From contig CAVYAN010000072.1 of the NCBI GenBank assembly GCA_963766075.1, positions 128,001 through 192,000 on the forward strand: a stretch of DNA of 64,000 bases, in the 5' to 3' direction. Positions 1 through 10,977 of the stretch are shown here, in pieces. Below the pieces are notes generated by a model. It was not told the DNA's origin. It did no database searches and was given only the letters and a program-made list of their open reading frames with translations. The stretch is from an uncultured cyanobacterium (lineage in GTDB: Bacteria > Cyanobacteriota > Cyanobacteriia > Leptolyngbyales > Leptolyngbyaceae). The first letter of the stretch is position 1; each line of letters opens with the position of its first letter. The translations under genes and the position numbers were made by a program.

Positions 1-925
1 GGTGAACTTCGATCATCAGGGAATCGGCTCCCGCCGCGATCGCCGCCGCCGCCATGGCTGGCACATATTCCGACCGACCCGTGCCATGGCTGGGATCAAT
101 CATAATCGGCAAATGGGTTAGGGTCCTGAGCACAGGAATACAGGCCAAATCCAGCGTATTGCGCGCATACTTACTATCAAACGTGCGAATACCCCGTTCA
201 CACAAAATCACATTGGGATTGCCCGCCGCCAGCACATATTCTGCCGCCATTAGCCAATCATCGATAGTCGCTGCCATGCCCCGCTTCAAAAGAATCGGCT
301 TATCCTGGGCACCCACCTTTTTTAACAGGGAAAAATTCTGCATATTGCGCGCCCCAATTTGGATCACGTCCGCCACGTCCGCCAAGGATTCTAGATCCGC
401 CGCATCCATCAATTCGGTAATAATGCCCAAGCCCGTGGCCGCCCGCGCCGCCGCTAATAAATCCAGGGCACTTTCCCCATGCCCCTGGAATGCATAGGGC
501 GATGTCCGGGGTTTAAAAGCGCCCCCCCGGAGAAACTGTGCCCCCGCTGCCTTCACCCGGTGGGCTGTTTCAATAATCATTGCTTCGTTTTCCACGGAAC
601 AAGGGCCCGCCACCACCACTAAGGGTTGATGCTCACCAAAGCAAACGGGGCCATTGGGCGTAGACACCACCACATCGCTGGACTCACCCTGGCGATATTC
701 CCGACTGGCCCGCTTAAAGGGTTGTTCCACACGCAAGACCTGCTCAATCCAGGGGTTCATTTCCTGGATTTGCAGCGGATCCAGGTCAACGGTTTCCCCG
801 ACTAAGCCAATCACAATTTTGTGCTTGCCGATAATTTTCTCGGGAGAAAGGCCCCACGCAACGAGTTCATCACAAAATTGCTCAATTTCTGTAGCGGGAG
901 AGCCAACTTTCATTACGACGATCAT
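1..925 (-). CDS. aroF: 3-deoxy-7-phosphoheptulonate (DAHP) synthase, type I-beta; runs off the left edge
   Basis: Manual translation from ATG at 925: MIVVMKVGSPATEIEQF..., VVAGPCSVEN, RGGAFKPRTSPYAFQG, QIGARNMQNF, LKRGMAAT, CERGIRTF, DPSHG. Not in the ORF track because no stop codon falls inside the window. Confidence 0.95.
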   Translation of the reverse strand, partial: MIVVMKVGSPATEIEQFCDELVAWGLSPEKIIGKHKIVIGLVGETVDLDPLQIQEMNPWIEQVLRVEQPFKRASREYRQGESSDVVVSTPNGPVCFGEHQPLVVVAGPCSVENEAMIIETAHRVKAAGAQFLRGGAFKPRTSPYAFQGHGESALDLLAAARAATGLGIITELMDAADLESLADVADVIQIGARNMQNFSLLKKVGAQDKPILLKRGMAATIDDWLMAAEYVLAAGNPNVILCERGIRTFDSKYARNTLDLACIPVLRTLTHLPIMIDPSHGTGRSEYVPAMAAAAIAAGADSLMIEVH

Positions 926-1090
926 AGAGAGTACGCCTATTTTTTAGAGTGGACCTGCTCAGGATCCTAGCGCACCCATCACCAACCCTGGTTTAAACTC
1001 AAAAACTCAAGGCCAACCCGAGGGATAAACCGCATCGGTGCTCTCAGTTTTGAGCTATTTTACTTCGGGTAAAGATTCACCCTACCTAAT

Positions 1091-1149
1091 CTGCTGGCTG
1101 AGCGGAATACCTGCTGGCTGAGCGGAGCTGAAGCCAGCAGGTATTCCGC
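1091..1149. repeat. REP-like hairpin with core TGAGCGGAGCTGAA (dispersed repeat family, copy 1)
   Basis: 17-bp stem GCGGAATACCTGCTGGC/GCCAGCAGGTATTCCGC around the conserved 14-nt core, preceded by a partial duplicate. Confidence 0.8.
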
Positions 1150-1180
1150 CCGTCAAACGCTGTTATCCTTTAGCCTTTGC

Positions 1181-1705
1181 CTAGGCATCTTCTGAGTTGG
1201 ATAGCTCCCGAGATTCACGCCAAGACGCAATGATCCGGCCCACGTTCAGCCTGAATTCGCCCCAGCCCAGTAAGGTACCAACATGGCCTTCATCCCAGGA
1301 GGCTGAAATCACGCCGTAGCTCAATCCCAGAACCCCCAGACCGAAAAATCCCAAACTGACCAGCAGTACGGCGTAGTTGGGTAGCTTCGTCCCATGACTA
1401 ATCAGAATGTAGCTGACAACAAACGTGAGCATGGCACAGACTGACGGAATGCCACTAAAAAATGCCATCCGGCGAGCCATGCGATCGCTGACAACTTTGG
1501 GCATTGTCCTTGAAGTTGCGGGCGATCGCAGAGATGCACTCGTTTTATCCTTTACCGCAGAACCCTTCGCCGAAGTCGTAGGCGCTTTTTTCGGCACCTT
1601 CTTCTTGGTAGATACAGGTTCAAACGGTAGACCGGGCTGGCCTGAGTCATCCTTAGTAGACTTGCCACCGCTGGTTTCGGCGCTTTTGGGGGGCTTAGAG
1701 GCCAT
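1181..1705 (-). CDS. pam68: PAM68 family photosystem II assembly protein
   Basis: VVSDRMARRMAFFSGIP...GVLGLSYGVISASWDE..GTLLGW motif with two TM segments; downstream of rpsO as is typical in cyanobacteria. Confidence 0.9.
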   Translation of the reverse strand: MASKPPKSAETSGGKSTKDDSGQPGLPFEPVSTKKKVPKKAPTTSAKGSAVKDKTSASLRSPATSRTMPKVVSDRMARRMAFFSGIPSVCAMLTFVVSYILISHGTKLPNYAVLLVSLGFFGLGVLGLSYGVISASWDEGHVGTLLGWGEFRLNVGRIIASWRESRELSNSEDA

Positions 1706-1752
1706 AGTTGCTTTTCCCTAAATCAGCCAGATTCACGTGATTCCGATCCGGA

Positions 1753-2022
1753 TTAGCCCCGAATTCCCAGTTTCGCAATCAGCGCCTTATAACGCGCTTG
1801 GTCTTGCTTTTGGATATAGGAGAGCAGGCGTTTGCGGGAACCAATCATTTTCATCAAGCCTTGGCGAGAGGCGTGATCTTTCTTGTTAGTTTTCAGGTGT
1901 CCGCTGAGACGGTTGATCCGCTCGGTCAACATGGCGACCTGAACATCCGCCGATCCCGTGTCGGTTTCGTGGACTTGGTAAGAGGAAATAATTTCTTGTT
2001 TTTGCTGTTGCAGCAGAGCCAT
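1753..2022 (-). CDS. rpsO: 30S ribosomal protein S15
   Basis: 89 aa, [19 protein letters not shown]...KDHASRQGL. Confidence 0.99.
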   Translation of the reverse strand: MALLQQQKQEIISSYQVHETDTGSADVQVAMLTERINRLSGHLKTNKKDHASRQGLMKMIGSRKRLLSYIQKQDQARYKALIAKLGIRG

Positions 2023-2172
2023 TGGGGTCTATCTTCCTTGTCGATTATCTATGCGGCAGTTAAACATACTAGCATGACAGGCTGGCTACGAGCGTGTTTA
2101 TTTTTTGAGATCTGCCCATGCCAAATCTGTCTATGGCCAATTCACTGATTGAAAATCAGTCTAATTCTCTGG

Positions 2173-3543
2173 CTACTTCTCTGGTTCTGCCGCTTGAGCA
2201 CTCGCCCCTGGGACCAATCGAGACTTTTGATCGAGGCGCAGGGCTTGCTCTAGGGCAATTTTTTCGGCGGCCCGCTGGGCATAGGGTTGCAGTTGGGCGC
2301 GATCGCACCCTGTCAAAATGCTGAGATGATCTACGCTCAGACCGCGCATCAACATCTCGACGAACCAGGTGTGCTGGGCTTGGGTGATCGCTAGGGGTTG
2401 CCCACTGGCTGTCTGCAAGCCCTCTGTCCATTGGTCCCAGCAGGCGTGGATCCCTGCCAAGGTTAAAGGTTGACCGACGGCATCTAGGAACAGGGCCGAC
2501 TGGCTATCTTTACGGCTGCGGAGCCATTTGGTCAGTGGGTTATTGGTATAGGAGCCATAGCGTTTACCCAAAATCCATTGGTTGACTGGCACTAGCCGTA
2601 CGCTGGGCCTAGATGTGGCATGGGATTCCGGATCAGACTGGGTTTCGGAATCGCGATCGGATCTGGTGACAACGTGGAGAAGATGCTGGGTGGCATCGCT
2701 AATGGTGTGCGATCGCTCCAAATTGATTACATCGGAGGCGGAGACCCCCGCCCCAAACAAGACATAGCACAGGCCGTAATCTCGCAATCCCAATTTTCTG
2801 GCCCGCTGCAAGATAAGGTGCACGACGGGTCCGGTTAAATCGATAATTTTGGTCCGCTCTGGCCGGGGAATAGAGGAAACGGTGAGGGCAGTAGCAGTAG
2901 GACTCGCTATCGGCGCGGTGGTAGGGGCGATCGCGCCCTGCACGATCAGGTGCACTAAACTGTCCAGAAAGTCTTGGCGATCGCGCCAAAGCTGATGAAA
3001 TTCACTGGTCAATTCCAGGGTCGTGTAGCCCAATAGGGCGCTGTGCAGCACGCTAGCAAGTTTTTCGGGGGGCAGAGTCAGGGCGGTGGTGTCGCGCTGC
3101 TGCGTTTGCCCTAAGTATTGCTCAAAGGAGTGGGCGAAGTACTGGGCCACAGCCTGATTGATCTGGGTTAGGCCAGTCCCGAGCGAGCGACGATTTTCTT
3201 CAGGATATTGATCCGCTTCCCCCACAATCGACCGGACTAAATCGGGGGCCTGGGCGAATTGCTGCAAGCATATACTTGCATAATTTTGCATAATTTCTGC
3301 CAACGAAGCGGGCGGCAGGTCGGAGAATGGCTCAGGGGGCACTAGAGCCGCACTTAAGTTTTGAAACACGGCTGCCTCCTCCATCACAGCCAACAGCAGA
3401 CCGTATTTGTTGCCAAACTGTCGAAACAACGTGACTTCGTTGACGTCGGCGAGGTTCGCAATTTGCCGGGTAGTAGTACCGCTAATGCCTTGGTGACTGA
3501 AGAGGTCAAGGGCAGCTTGGATCAGGCGTTGACGGGTGGACAT
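2173..3543 (-). CDS. TetR-family regulator with a C-terminal degenerate tyrosine-recombinase-like domain
   Basis: N-terminal HTH (TRQRLIQAALDLF..QGISGTTTRQIANLADVNEVTLFRQFGNK); C-terminal integrase-like boxes. ATG at 3543 preferred over TTG at 3579, which lies inside the operator palindrome. Confidence 0.85.
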   Translation of the reverse strand: MSTRQRLIQAALDLFSHQGISGTTTRQIANLADVNEVTLFRQFGNKYGLLLAVMEEAAVFQNLSAALVPPEPFSDLPPASLAEIMQNYASICLQQFAQAPDLVRSIVGEADQYPEENRRSLGTGLTQINQAVAQYFAHSFEQYLGQTQQRDTTALTLPPEKLASVLHSALLGYTTLELTSEFHQLWRDRQDFLDSLVHLIVQGAIAPTTAPIASPTATALTVSSIPRPERTKIIDLTGPVVHLILQRARKLGLRDYGLCYVLFGAGVSASDVINLERSHTISDATQHLLHVVTRSDRDSETQSDPESHATSRPSVRLVPVNQWILGKRYGSYTNNPLTKWLRSRKDSQSALFLDAVGQPLTLAGIHACWDQWTEGLQTASGQPLAITQAQHTWFVEMLMRGLSVDHLSILTGCDRAQLQPYAQRAAEKIALEQALRLDQKSRLVPGASAQAAEPEK

Positions 3544-3573
3544 GGGCGGGGCAGGATAGGAGCGAGGAAAATA

Positions 3574-3592
3574 TTGCAAGTGATACTTGCAA
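3574..3592. promoter_or_regulatory. Palindromic operator 1 (probable TetR site)
   Basis: Perfect inverted repeat TTGCAAGT-GAT-ACTTGCAA between the divergent tetR and desaturase genes. Confidence 0.7.
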
Positions 3593-3622
3593 AACTTGAA
3601 GAAGGGATGTTAGCATACACCC

Positions 3623-3641
3623 ATGCAAGCGCTACTTGCTA
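3623..3641. promoter_or_regulatory. Palindromic operator 2 (probable TetR site)
   Basis: ATGCAAGC-GCT-ACTTGCTA, the same GCAAGY-N3-ACTTGC pattern, 49 bp from operator 1. Confidence 0.6.
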
Positions 3642-3677
3642 TTTTCCCACAGGACGGGATGATTGACCCGAAAAAAT

Positions 3678-4652
3678 ATGACTTCTAAGCAGCCTTCTCA
3701 TACGCAACCTTCTCATAACCCGTCTTCTCTTCATCAGCCTTCCCTGGCATCTAATTCCCTAGTAGCAGATCCTCAGGCCTTGAGTGGTGCACCGTTACCC
3801 GCACTGAACTGGACGAATGTAATCTTTTTCGGGGTGTTTCATGGAGCGGTGCTGTTGGCTCCCTGGTGTTTTTCGTGGTCGGCGTTGGGGGTAGCACTGT
3901 TGTTGCATTGGTTGTTTGGGGGCATTGGCATTTGTTTGGGCTATCATCGGTTGCTGAGTCACCGCAGCTTTCGGGTGCCACGCGGGGTGGAATATGCGAT
4001 CGCCCTCTTGGGGGCTTTAGCGATTCAAGGAGGCCCGATTTTTTGGGTGGGTGGGCATCGCCAGCACCATGCCCATACGGAACATGTCGATCGCGATCCC
4101 TACTCGGCTCAGCGCGGGTTTTGGTGGAGTCATATCCTGTGGTTATTTTTTACCCGGCCGGAATTTTTTAATGCTCAGATCTATCGCGCTAGCGCTCCGG
4201 ACTTGGCACGGCAGCCGTTTTACCGCTGGTTAGATCGCTACTTTTTATTGCTGCAAGTGCCACTGGCTGCGGTGCTGTATCTGTGCGGCGGTTGGTCTTT
4301 TGTGCTCTATGGCATTGGGGTGCGATCGGTGCTGCTGTGGCATTCCACTTGGTTTGTGAATTCGGCGGCGCACCTGTGGGGCTACCGAACCTTTGCGGCC
4401 AATGACGGAGCGCGCAACCTGTGGTGGGTGTCGCTGCTGACCTACGGTGAAGGCTGGCACAATAATCACCACACCTATCCCAATGTGGCCAAGTCAGGAC
4501 TGCGCTGGTGGGAAGTGGATACTACATGGTGGGCAATTCGGACCTTACAAATTTTGGGGGTGGCGAAGAAGGTGGTGATGCCTCCTAGCAACATCCAATT
4601 CTCCAAACTCAATGCGCGATCGCTCCCTGAATCCCGTACCTGCCTCCCGTAA
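3678..4652 (+). CDS. desC: Delta-9 acyl-lipid desaturase (DesC family)
   Basis: His boxes HRLLSH, HRQHH and GEGWHNNHH; low-complexity repeated N-terminal extension; exact start uncertain. Confidence 0.9.
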   Translation: MTSKQPSHTQPSHNPSSLHQPSLASNSLVADPQALSGAPLPALNWTNVIFFGVFHGAVLLAPWCFSWSALGVALLLHWLFGGIGICLGYHRLLSHRSFRVPRGVEYAIALLGALAIQGGPIFWVGGHRQHHAHTEHVDRDPYSAQRGFWWSHILWLFFTRPEFFNAQIYRASAPDLARQPFYRWLDRYFLLLQVPLAAVLYLCGGWSFVLYGIGVRSVLLWHSTWFVNSAAHLWGYRTFAANDGARNLWWVSLLTYGEGWHNNHHTYPNVAKSGLRWWEVDTTWWAIRTLQILGVAKKVVMPPSNIQFSKLNARSLPESRTCLP

Positions 4653-4683
4653 GAATTGCCTTTCTGCATGACGCGTGAATGCA

Positions 4684-4716
4684 AGAGCCCCGAATTCTTT
4701 GAGAATTCGGGGCTCT
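4684..4716. terminator. Stem-loop between convergent desC and sufS
   Basis: AGAGCCCCGAATTCT-TTG-AGAATTCGGGGCTCT, perfect 15-bp stem. Confidence 0.65.
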
Positions 4717-4754
4717 GACTTACCAGGTTGGCAGGCTACATCGGGTTTCTATAG

Positions 4755-4806
4755 GCCAGACTCATCTAAGCCAGACTCATCTAAGCCAGACTCATCTAAG
4801 CCAGAT
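4755..4806. repeat. 15-bp tandem repeat (GCCAGACTCATCTAA), about 3.4 copies, overlapping the sufS stop
   Basis: Direct reading. Confidence 0.9.
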
Positions 4807-6055
4807 TGCCAAAGAACTCGATCGCGTCTTTTAGCGCCACGATAAAAGCATCAATATCGGCCTGCGTGTTGTAAAAATATAAACTAGCTCGGGCGGTGGA
4901 GGCAGCTCCAAGACGGCGATGTAAGGGTTGAGTACAGTGATGGCCCGAGCGAATAGCAATCCCTTCCTGATCCAGCAGGGTGGCTAAATCCTGAGCATGC
5001 ACCTCCCCACAGGTAAAAGCAGCCAACGCTGCACGACCACTGCCATCGGTGTGGGGTGGGGGGCCGTAGACTCGGACCGTGGGCAGTTGTTGCAATTGGC
5101 GGAACAGGTAGGCGGTGAGTTCGGCTTCGTAGGCGTGGATAGTGTCTATGCCGATGTGGGTGAGATAATCGATCGCGGCTCCCAGGGCGATCGCTTCCCC
5201 AATCGCAGGCGTACCCGCCTCAAATTTGTGGGGCAAATCCGCATAGGTGGAATGATCCAAAAACACATCCGCAATCATTTCCCCACCGCCCAAAAACGGC
5301 GGCATGGCCCGCAGCAGATCCAGCTTGCCGTAGAGAAAGCCAATGCCCGTGGGTGCACACATTTTATGCCCAGAGGCCACCAGCCAATCGCAGCCTATAT
5401 CCTGCACATCCAGCCGTAAATGAGGCGCACTTTGGCAAGCATCGATTAGCACTCTGGCCCCATAGCGATGCGCCTCATTGCAGATAGCTTTGACCGGATT
5501 AATGCAGCCCAATGTGTTGGAAACATGGACCACAGAAACGAGCTGGGTTTTCGCTGAAAGCAGGGATTGAAATTGAGCAAAGTCAAATCCCTCGGTTTCG
5601 TCTAATTCTACAAACTTAAGAATGGCTCCGGTTCTTTGGGCCACCATTTGCCAGGGCACCAAATTACTGTGATGCTCCATGACCGACAGGATAATTTCAT
5701 CCCCCGGTTGCAGTGTGTTCATGCCCCAGGCATAGGCCACCAGATTAATCGCTTCCGTGGCATTGCGGGTGTAGACAATTTCATTGCGCGAGGCAGCATT
5801 GACAAAGGCGGCCACCTTGTCTCGTGCGCCTTCATAGGCATCCGTGGCCCGTCCGCTCAGGGTGTGGGCCCCGCGATGGACGTTGGCGTTGTCCTGCCGA
5901 TAATACTCGAACAGGGCATCCAGAACGGCGGTAGGCTTCTGGGATGTCGCCGCATTGTCGAGATAAACCAGGGGATTGCCATTGACTGCCTGATTCAGGA
6001 TGGGAAAGTCTGGGCGGGTCCGGGTGGCGAGGGGTTTGAGTGGGGTGAAGGTCAT
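4796..6055 (-). CDS. sufS: Cysteine desulfurase SufS
   Basis: [16 protein letters not shown] (PLP lysine), RSGHHC. Confidence 0.97.
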   Translation of the reverse strand: MTFTPLKPLATRTRPDFPILNQAVNGNPLVYLDNAATSQKPTAVLDALFEYYRQDNANVHRGAHTLSGRATDAYEGARDKVAAFVNAASRNEIVYTRNATEAINLVAYAWGMNTLQPGDEIILSVMEHHSNLVPWQMVAQRTGAILKFVELDETEGFDFAQFQSLLSAKTQLVSVVHVSNTLGCINPVKAICNEAHRYGARVLIDACQSAPHLRLDVQDIGCDWLVASGHKMCAPTGIGFLYGKLDLLRAMPPFLGGGEMIADVFLDHSTYADLPHKFEAGTPAIGEAIALGAAIDYLTHIGIDTIHAYEAELTAYLFRQLQQLPTVRVYGPPPHTDGSGRAALAAFTCGEVHAQDLATLLDQEGIAIRSGHHCTQPLHRRLGAASTARASLYFYNTQADIDAFIVALKDAIEFFGNLA

Positions 6056-6082
6056 AGCGTCGGCACAGGGGGTGGAGTGAGG

Positions 6083-7420
6083 CTAAAGGGCGATCGCCAC
6101 GCTATCGGCTAGGGCTTGGCGCAGGGATGCCGCTGGAATCTGCTGAATGACCTCTTGGGCAAAGGCATAGACCAACAGATGGCGGGCTGCATCTTGATCA
6201 ATGCCACGACTTTGCAGGTAGAACACTTCGTCATCTTCCAATTGGCTGACCGTGGCTCCGTGGGCACACTTGACGTTATCGGCGGTGATTTCGAGCTGGG
6301 GTTTGGTATCGACCCGCGCCTTAGGCGACAGCAGCAAGTTGCGACTGAGTTGGGAGGCATTGGTCAGTTGTGCCCGTTTAGGAACAAAGATTTTGCCGTT
6401 GAAGACGCCATGGGCGCGATCGCCTACTAAGCATTTATGCACTTGCTCACAGGTGCCATGGGGTTGGGTAAAGGCCATGAGGCTGTGGGTGTCAGCGAGG
6501 CGATCGCCCGCAACAAAGGTCAAGCCGCGCAGCACCGTATCCGTTTGTTCGCCCGTCTGGAAAATTTCCAGATTGTGGCGGGACATCTGCCCCCCTAAGT
6601 TAACGGCATTGCTGGTATAGCGGGAATCTCGCCCTTGGGACACGGCGGTTTTGCCAATGTGAAACGCAGCTTGGCTATCGCGTTGTACGCGGTTATGGTG
6701 CACCTGGGCATTATCGCCCAGCCAGACTTCCGTAACGGCATTGGTACAGTAAGGGGCATCGTGCAGGCTAACGTAGTCTTCGATCAGGGTGGACTGACTG
6801 CCCGCAGCGGCGACGATCAAACTGCGGGGATGGGCCAGCAGAGGCGCTGTCCCGGTGGCCACAAACAGCAGATGAATCGGATTTTCAACGATCTGGTTTG
6901 GGGGAATCCAGACTAAGGCCCCATCGGTCAAACTAGCGGTGTTTAAAGCGGTGAAGACTTCATCACCGCCTTGCTGCTGGGCAAAATAATTGCTGAGGGT
7001 GGGAATGAACTCGGCAGCGATCGCCAAGTTTGCCACACAAACACCATCGGGTAAGTCATCAATCGTGGATAAGTCCGGGGCATAAATACCATCCACAAAC
7101 ACTAACCGACTGGTAGCCTCCGGAAATAAGTACGGCTCCAACAGCTCAAAGCTGAGGGCGGCGGGTGCACCCACGGCTTGCAGCGGAGTTGCCAGCAGGG
7201 CCGACAAATCGGTAAACCGCCAGTCTTCATCACGGGTGGAGGGAATGGCCAGTTCTTGAACGCGGGCGGTGGCGCGATCGCGCAGCGGCTGCATCCAAGC
7301 ACCATCGGCATCCAAGTCCGCTCGCAGAGTGAGTAGATGGGCGAGGTAAGCAGTGCGATCGACCTTGGCCTTGCCGCTTAAATTCGGCGCGTCCGACACC
7401 GTAGACATGGAAATCGTCAT
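6083..7420 (-). CDS. sufD: Fe-S cluster assembly protein SufD
   Basis: [33 protein letters not shown]. Confidence 0.96.
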   Translation of the reverse strand: MTISMSTVSDAPNLSGKAKVDRTAYLAHLLTLRADLDADGAWMQPLRDRATARVQELAIPSTRDEDWRFTDLSALLATPLQAVGAPAALSFELLEPYLFPEATSRLVFVDGIYAPDLSTIDDLPDGVCVANLAIAAEFIPTLSNYFAQQQGGDEVFTALNTASLTDGALVWIPPNQIVENPIHLLFVATGTAPLLAHPRSLIVAAAGSQSTLIEDYVSLHDAPYCTNAVTEVWLGDNAQVHHNRVQRDSQAAFHIGKTAVSQGRDSRYTSNAVNLGGQMSRHNLEIFQTGEQTDTVLRGLTFVAGDRLADTHSLMAFTQPHGTCEQVHKCLVGDRAHGVFNGKIFVPKRAQLTNASQLSRNLLLSPKARVDTKPQLEITADNVKCAHGATVSQLEDDEVFYLQSRGIDQDAARHLLVYAFAQEVIQQIPAASLRQALADSVAIAL

Positions 7421-8217
7421 GCGCCTGCCCCCACGGGTTGTTCACTGGGTTGACCATCCACAATCCAGTCGTAGCCTTCTGCTTCCAGCTTCAGGGCCAA
7501 TTCCTTGCCACCCGTGGTTAGGATGCGACCATTGGCCATCACATGCACAAAGTCGGGGGTGATGTAGTCTAGCAAGCGCTGGTAGTGTGTCACCACCAGG
7601 GTGGCATTATCGGCATGGGTCAGGGCATTGACGCCGTTGGCGACAATCTTGAGTGCGTCAATGTCTAAGCCGGAATCAATTTCATCCAGGATGCCCAGCT
7701 TGGGTTCTAGCAGTGCCATTTGCAGAATTTCATTCCGCTTTTTCTCTCCGCCAGAAAATCCTTCATTCACACTGCGACCGAGGAACGCCGGATCCATTTT
7801 CAGCAGCTCTAACTTGGCCTGCACCACCTCATCAAAATCAAAGGCATCCAGTTCTTCTAAGCCGTGATGCTTGCGCTTGGCATTGTAGGACACCCGCAGA
7901 AAGTCCAGATTGCTAACACCGGGAATTTCCAAAGGATATTGAAAGGCCAAAAACACACCGGACTTGGCCCGTTCGTCGGGCTCCAAATCCAGCAAGTTCT
8001 GTCCCTGGAAAAGAATTTCGCCGCCGGTGACGGTGTAGGCGGGATGCCCCGCCAAAATTTTAGAAAAGGTACTTTTCCCCGACCCATTCGGTCCCATAAT
8101 GGCGTGGATTTCCCCTGCCTTAATTTCCAGATTCAAGCCCTTGAGAATCTGGGTTCCCTCCACATCGGCGGTGAGATCCTTCACCGATAAAATCACGTCA
8201 CTATTGGCATTAATCAC
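7417..8217 (-). CDS. sufC: Fe-S cluster assembly ATPase SufC
   Basis: [40 protein letters not shown]. Confidence 0.98.
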   Translation of the reverse strand: MINANSDVILSVKDLTADVEGTQILKGLNLEIKAGEIHAIMGPNGSGKSTFSKILAGHPAYTVTGGEILFQGQNLLDLEPDERAKSGVFLAFQYPLEIPGVSNLDFLRVSYNAKRKHHGLEELDAFDFDEVVQAKLELLKMDPAFLGRSVNEGFSGGEKKRNEILQMALLEPKLGILDEIDSGLDIDALKIVANGVNALTHADNATLVVTHYQRLLDYITPDFVHVMANGRILTTGGKELALKLEAEGYDWIVDGQPSEQPVGAGA

Positions 8218-8332
8218 ACGCTAACCTCTTGACTCTACTCTTATTGACTCTTATTGACAATCAAACTCTTACAGTGCAGTAAAACTTCTCCAGCAGGAAA
8301 CCTCTATGCATAATGTTCTATGCTGGCAGGCA

Positions 8333-8956
8333 CTAGAGCTGGGCAATGTACTTCAGGATTTTCAAAACATCGTACAAATCGTTACCCGGATTACGGATTT
8401 CAAAAATTCGAGATAACGCATATTGATTGACAGCACCTCGCACCAGCTTGACAAATGTAAACCCACCACCGCTGGCAATCAAGCCGTATCCGGGTTTCTC
8501 CGTCACTGGGTTTGCCAACATATAGGCTAGGAGTTGGGCTAGTCCGGCTTCAATCGAAAACTCAGCCTCTTTGGATTCAATCACTAACGCCCAAAACTGC
8601 TCCTTCAGTAGCCAAATATCAATGCTACCGCGAATAATGAGGCCATCAGCTTCTTCAGTAATCTCAACGGATTTCTCCGTTTGGATATGAAAAGGCGGTA
8701 AGCAAAAATCCGCCAGGAATAAAAGTGGCCCCAATACAAAGACTTGAATTGCTTTTTCTGAGAGCGGTGGATGCTCGACAAGGTTCCAGTAGCCCGCCTG
8801 CACTTTGTCAAGGAAAGTGCGATCGCCTTCAGGAAGTTCCGGCAACGACTCCCGCCATTCCGAGAAAAATTGCGGATCGCGCGTGACCCGGAGGTTGAAC
8901 CGCTGAATCAATTCCTGGAAATCAACCTTACTGGACTGTACTGCCTGTACCATCAC
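8333..8956 (-). CDS. PD-(D/E)xK nuclease-like protein (cyanobacterial 'type I restriction endonuclease subunit R' N-terminal-like family)
   Basis: RGSIDIWLL...LVIESK, AGLAQLLAYM, GLIASGGGFTFVKL; no helicase domain. Confidence 0.75.
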   Translation of the reverse strand: MMVQAVQSSKVDFQELIQRFNLRVTRDPQFFSEWRESLPELPEGDRTFLDKVQAGYWNLVEHPPLSEKAIQVFVLGPLLFLADFCLPPFHIQTEKSVEITEEADGLIIRGSIDIWLLKEQFWALVIESKEAEFSIEAGLAQLLAYMLANPVTEKPGYGLIASGGGFTFVKLVRGAVNQYALSRIFEIRNPGNDLYDVLKILKYIAQL

Positions 8957-8979
8957 CTCACCTCTCGCCCCATCAGCGC

Positions 8980-10416
8980 TTAACCCACACTCCCTTCCAA
9001 CTTCAGGCTCAGAAGTTTGTCCGCTTCCACTGCAAACTCCATCGGCAATTGATTAAACACGTCCTTGCAGAAACCGCTAATCATCATCGAGATCGCGTCT
9101 TCTGGCGAGATGCCCCGCTGGCTAAAGTAAAACAGTTGGTCCTCACCAATCTTGGAAGTCGAGGCTTCGTGCTCCACCTTGCCCGCATTGGTTTGCACTT
9201 GGATATAGGGAAACGTATTCGCCTGGGCATTGTCGCCAATCAGCATCGAGTCGCACTGGGAATAGTTGCGGGCTCCTGTGGCCTTCGGCCCAATTTTCAC
9301 CAAGCCTCGATAGCTATTTTGGGACTTGCCCGCTGAAATTCCCTTAGAAATAATCGTGCTCTTGGTGTTCTTGCCAATGTGGACCATCTTGGTGCCGGTG
9401 TCGGCCTGCTGGTAGTTATTCGTCAGGGCGACGGAATAAAACTCACCCACCGAGTTATCGCCGACCAAGACACAACTGGGATACTTCCAGGTGATGGCCG
9501 AACCCGTTTCGACCTGAGTCCAGGAGATTTTCGAGTTCACACCCTGGCAGAGGCCGCGCTTGGTGACAAAGTTGTATATACCACCTTTGCCGTTGGCATC
9601 GCCTGCGTACCAGTTTTGGACGGTGGAGTATTTGATGTCCGCATTATCCAGGGCGACTAGTTCAACCACGGCGGCATGGAGTTGGTTGCTGTCGTACATG
9701 GGAGCCGTACACCCTTCCAGATAGCTCACGGAACTGCCTTCTTCCGCGATGATCAGCGTCCGTTCAAACTGTCCCGAGTCGCCATTGTTAATCCGAAAAT
9801 AGGTGGACAGTTCCATGGGACATTTTGTGCCCTTGGGAATGTACACGAAGGAACCATCGCTAAAGACGGCGGAATTTAAAGCGGCGAAGTAGTTATCGCC
9901 AACGGGCACGACACTGCCAAGGTATTTTTGCACCAGTTCAGGATGTTCTTTAACCGCTTCTGAAATTGAACAGAAAATGACACCCTGCTCCGCCAGTTTT
10001 TCTTTGAAGGTGGTGGCCACGGAAACGCTGTCGAAAATGGCATCCACGGCCACATTACTGAGGCGCTTTTGCTCCGAGAGAGGGATACCCAGTTTCTCGA
10101 AGGTAGCCAGCAGTTCCGGATCCACTTCATCCAGGCTCTTTTTCTTTTCAGAGACCTTGGGAGCAGAGTAGCAGACGATATTCTGGTAATCGATCGGGGG
10201 ATAGCCAACGTGCGCCCAGCTAGGCTCAGCCATGGTCAACCACTTGCGGTAGGCCCGTAGGCGAAATTCCAGCAGAAAGGCGGGCTCCTCCTTTTTGGCG
10301 GAAATGAGCCGCACGATGTCTTCGTTAACGCCACGAGGGATGGTGTCAGCAGCGATGTTGGTGACGAAGCCGTACTTATAGGGCTGATTGACCAGGGTTT
10401 GAACCGATGCGCTCAT
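8980..10416 (-). CDS. sufB: Fe-S cluster assembly protein SufB
   Basis: [44 protein letters not shown]. Confidence 0.98.
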   Translation of the reverse strand: MSASVQTLVNQPYKYGFVTNIAADTIPRGVNEDIVRLISAKKEEPAFLLEFRLRAYRKWLTMAEPSWAHVGYPPIDYQNIVCYSAPKVSEKKKSLDEVDPELLATFEKLGIPLSEQKRLSNVAVDAIFDSVSVATTFKEKLAEQGVIFCSISEAVKEHPELVQKYLGSVVPVGDNYFAALNSAVFSDGSFVYIPKGTKCPMELSTYFRINNGDSGQFERTLIIAEEGSSVSYLEGCTAPMYDSNQLHAAVVELVALDNADIKYSTVQNWYAGDANGKGGIYNFVTKRGLCQGVNSKISWTQVETGSAITWKYPSCVLVGDNSVGEFYSVALTNNYQQADTGTKMVHIGKNTKSTIISKGISAGKSQNSYRGLVKIGPKATGARNYSQCDSMLIGDNAQANTFPYIQVQTNAGKVEHEASTSKIGEDQLFYFSQRGISPEDAISMMISGFCKDVFNQLPMEFAVEADKLLSLKLEGSVG

Positions 10417-10478
10417 GTCTCGTGCTCTCTGTTTCAGGACGGTGGGTGGCAAGGGGCGAGGAACGTAAGCCATCTGGC

Positions 10479-10841
10479 TTACGCCAGATTGGTCACAGAC
10501 CGAATTTGCTCAAACGTGATGACTTGTTGATCGCCAGCGAAGTCGTTGTCGGGGGTAAGAAACAACATGCAGTGGCATTCTTTACGCTCGCGCATCGGTA
10601 CGCAGGGACAATTCCAATAAGCAGCGGCAACTTCGGCCTCCTTGTCTTCGTAGTGGCGACAGGGGCAGAGAGGGGCACCAAGGTCTTCCTTATGTTTGGC
10701 CAGCCCCTCAATGACAACAGCGGTGACACCCGGATCAACACAAAAATAAGTACCTGTGCGCTTGGCATAGGTCTCGGAAAAGTGCCGCATCAGTTCAAGA
10801 TTATTTTCGGTCGCTTGGTTGGGGTTGGTGTCTGGTGTCAT
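10479..10841 (-). CDS. ftrC: Ferredoxin-thioredoxin reductase catalytic subunit
   Basis: CPCRH, WNCPC and ECHC motifs. Confidence 0.96.
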   Translation of the reverse strand: MTPDTNPNQATENNLELMRHFSETYAKRTGTYFCVDPGVTAVVIEGLAKHKEDLGAPLCPCRHYEDKEAEVAAAYWNCPCVPMRERKECHCMLFLTPDNDFAGDQQVITFEQIRSVTNLA

Positions 10842-10977
10842 GGGCTGCAATGAAGGCAAGGTAATAAGGGTGGACAGGATTCACTTGGGCAACAGCGTGA
10901 GGCGTTTTGGACTGGAGCAGCCGCAGAACCGTGAAAGTGCGATCGCCAGGGGAATCATTTAGCTCTTATAATTAAAG

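Noticed and set aside
54..947. Plus-strand ORFs 54-497 and 654-947
   Set aside because: Antisense shadows of aroF
4755..4806. Possible CRISPR array
   Set aside because: 15-bp units are directly adjacent with no spacers, and no cas genes are present
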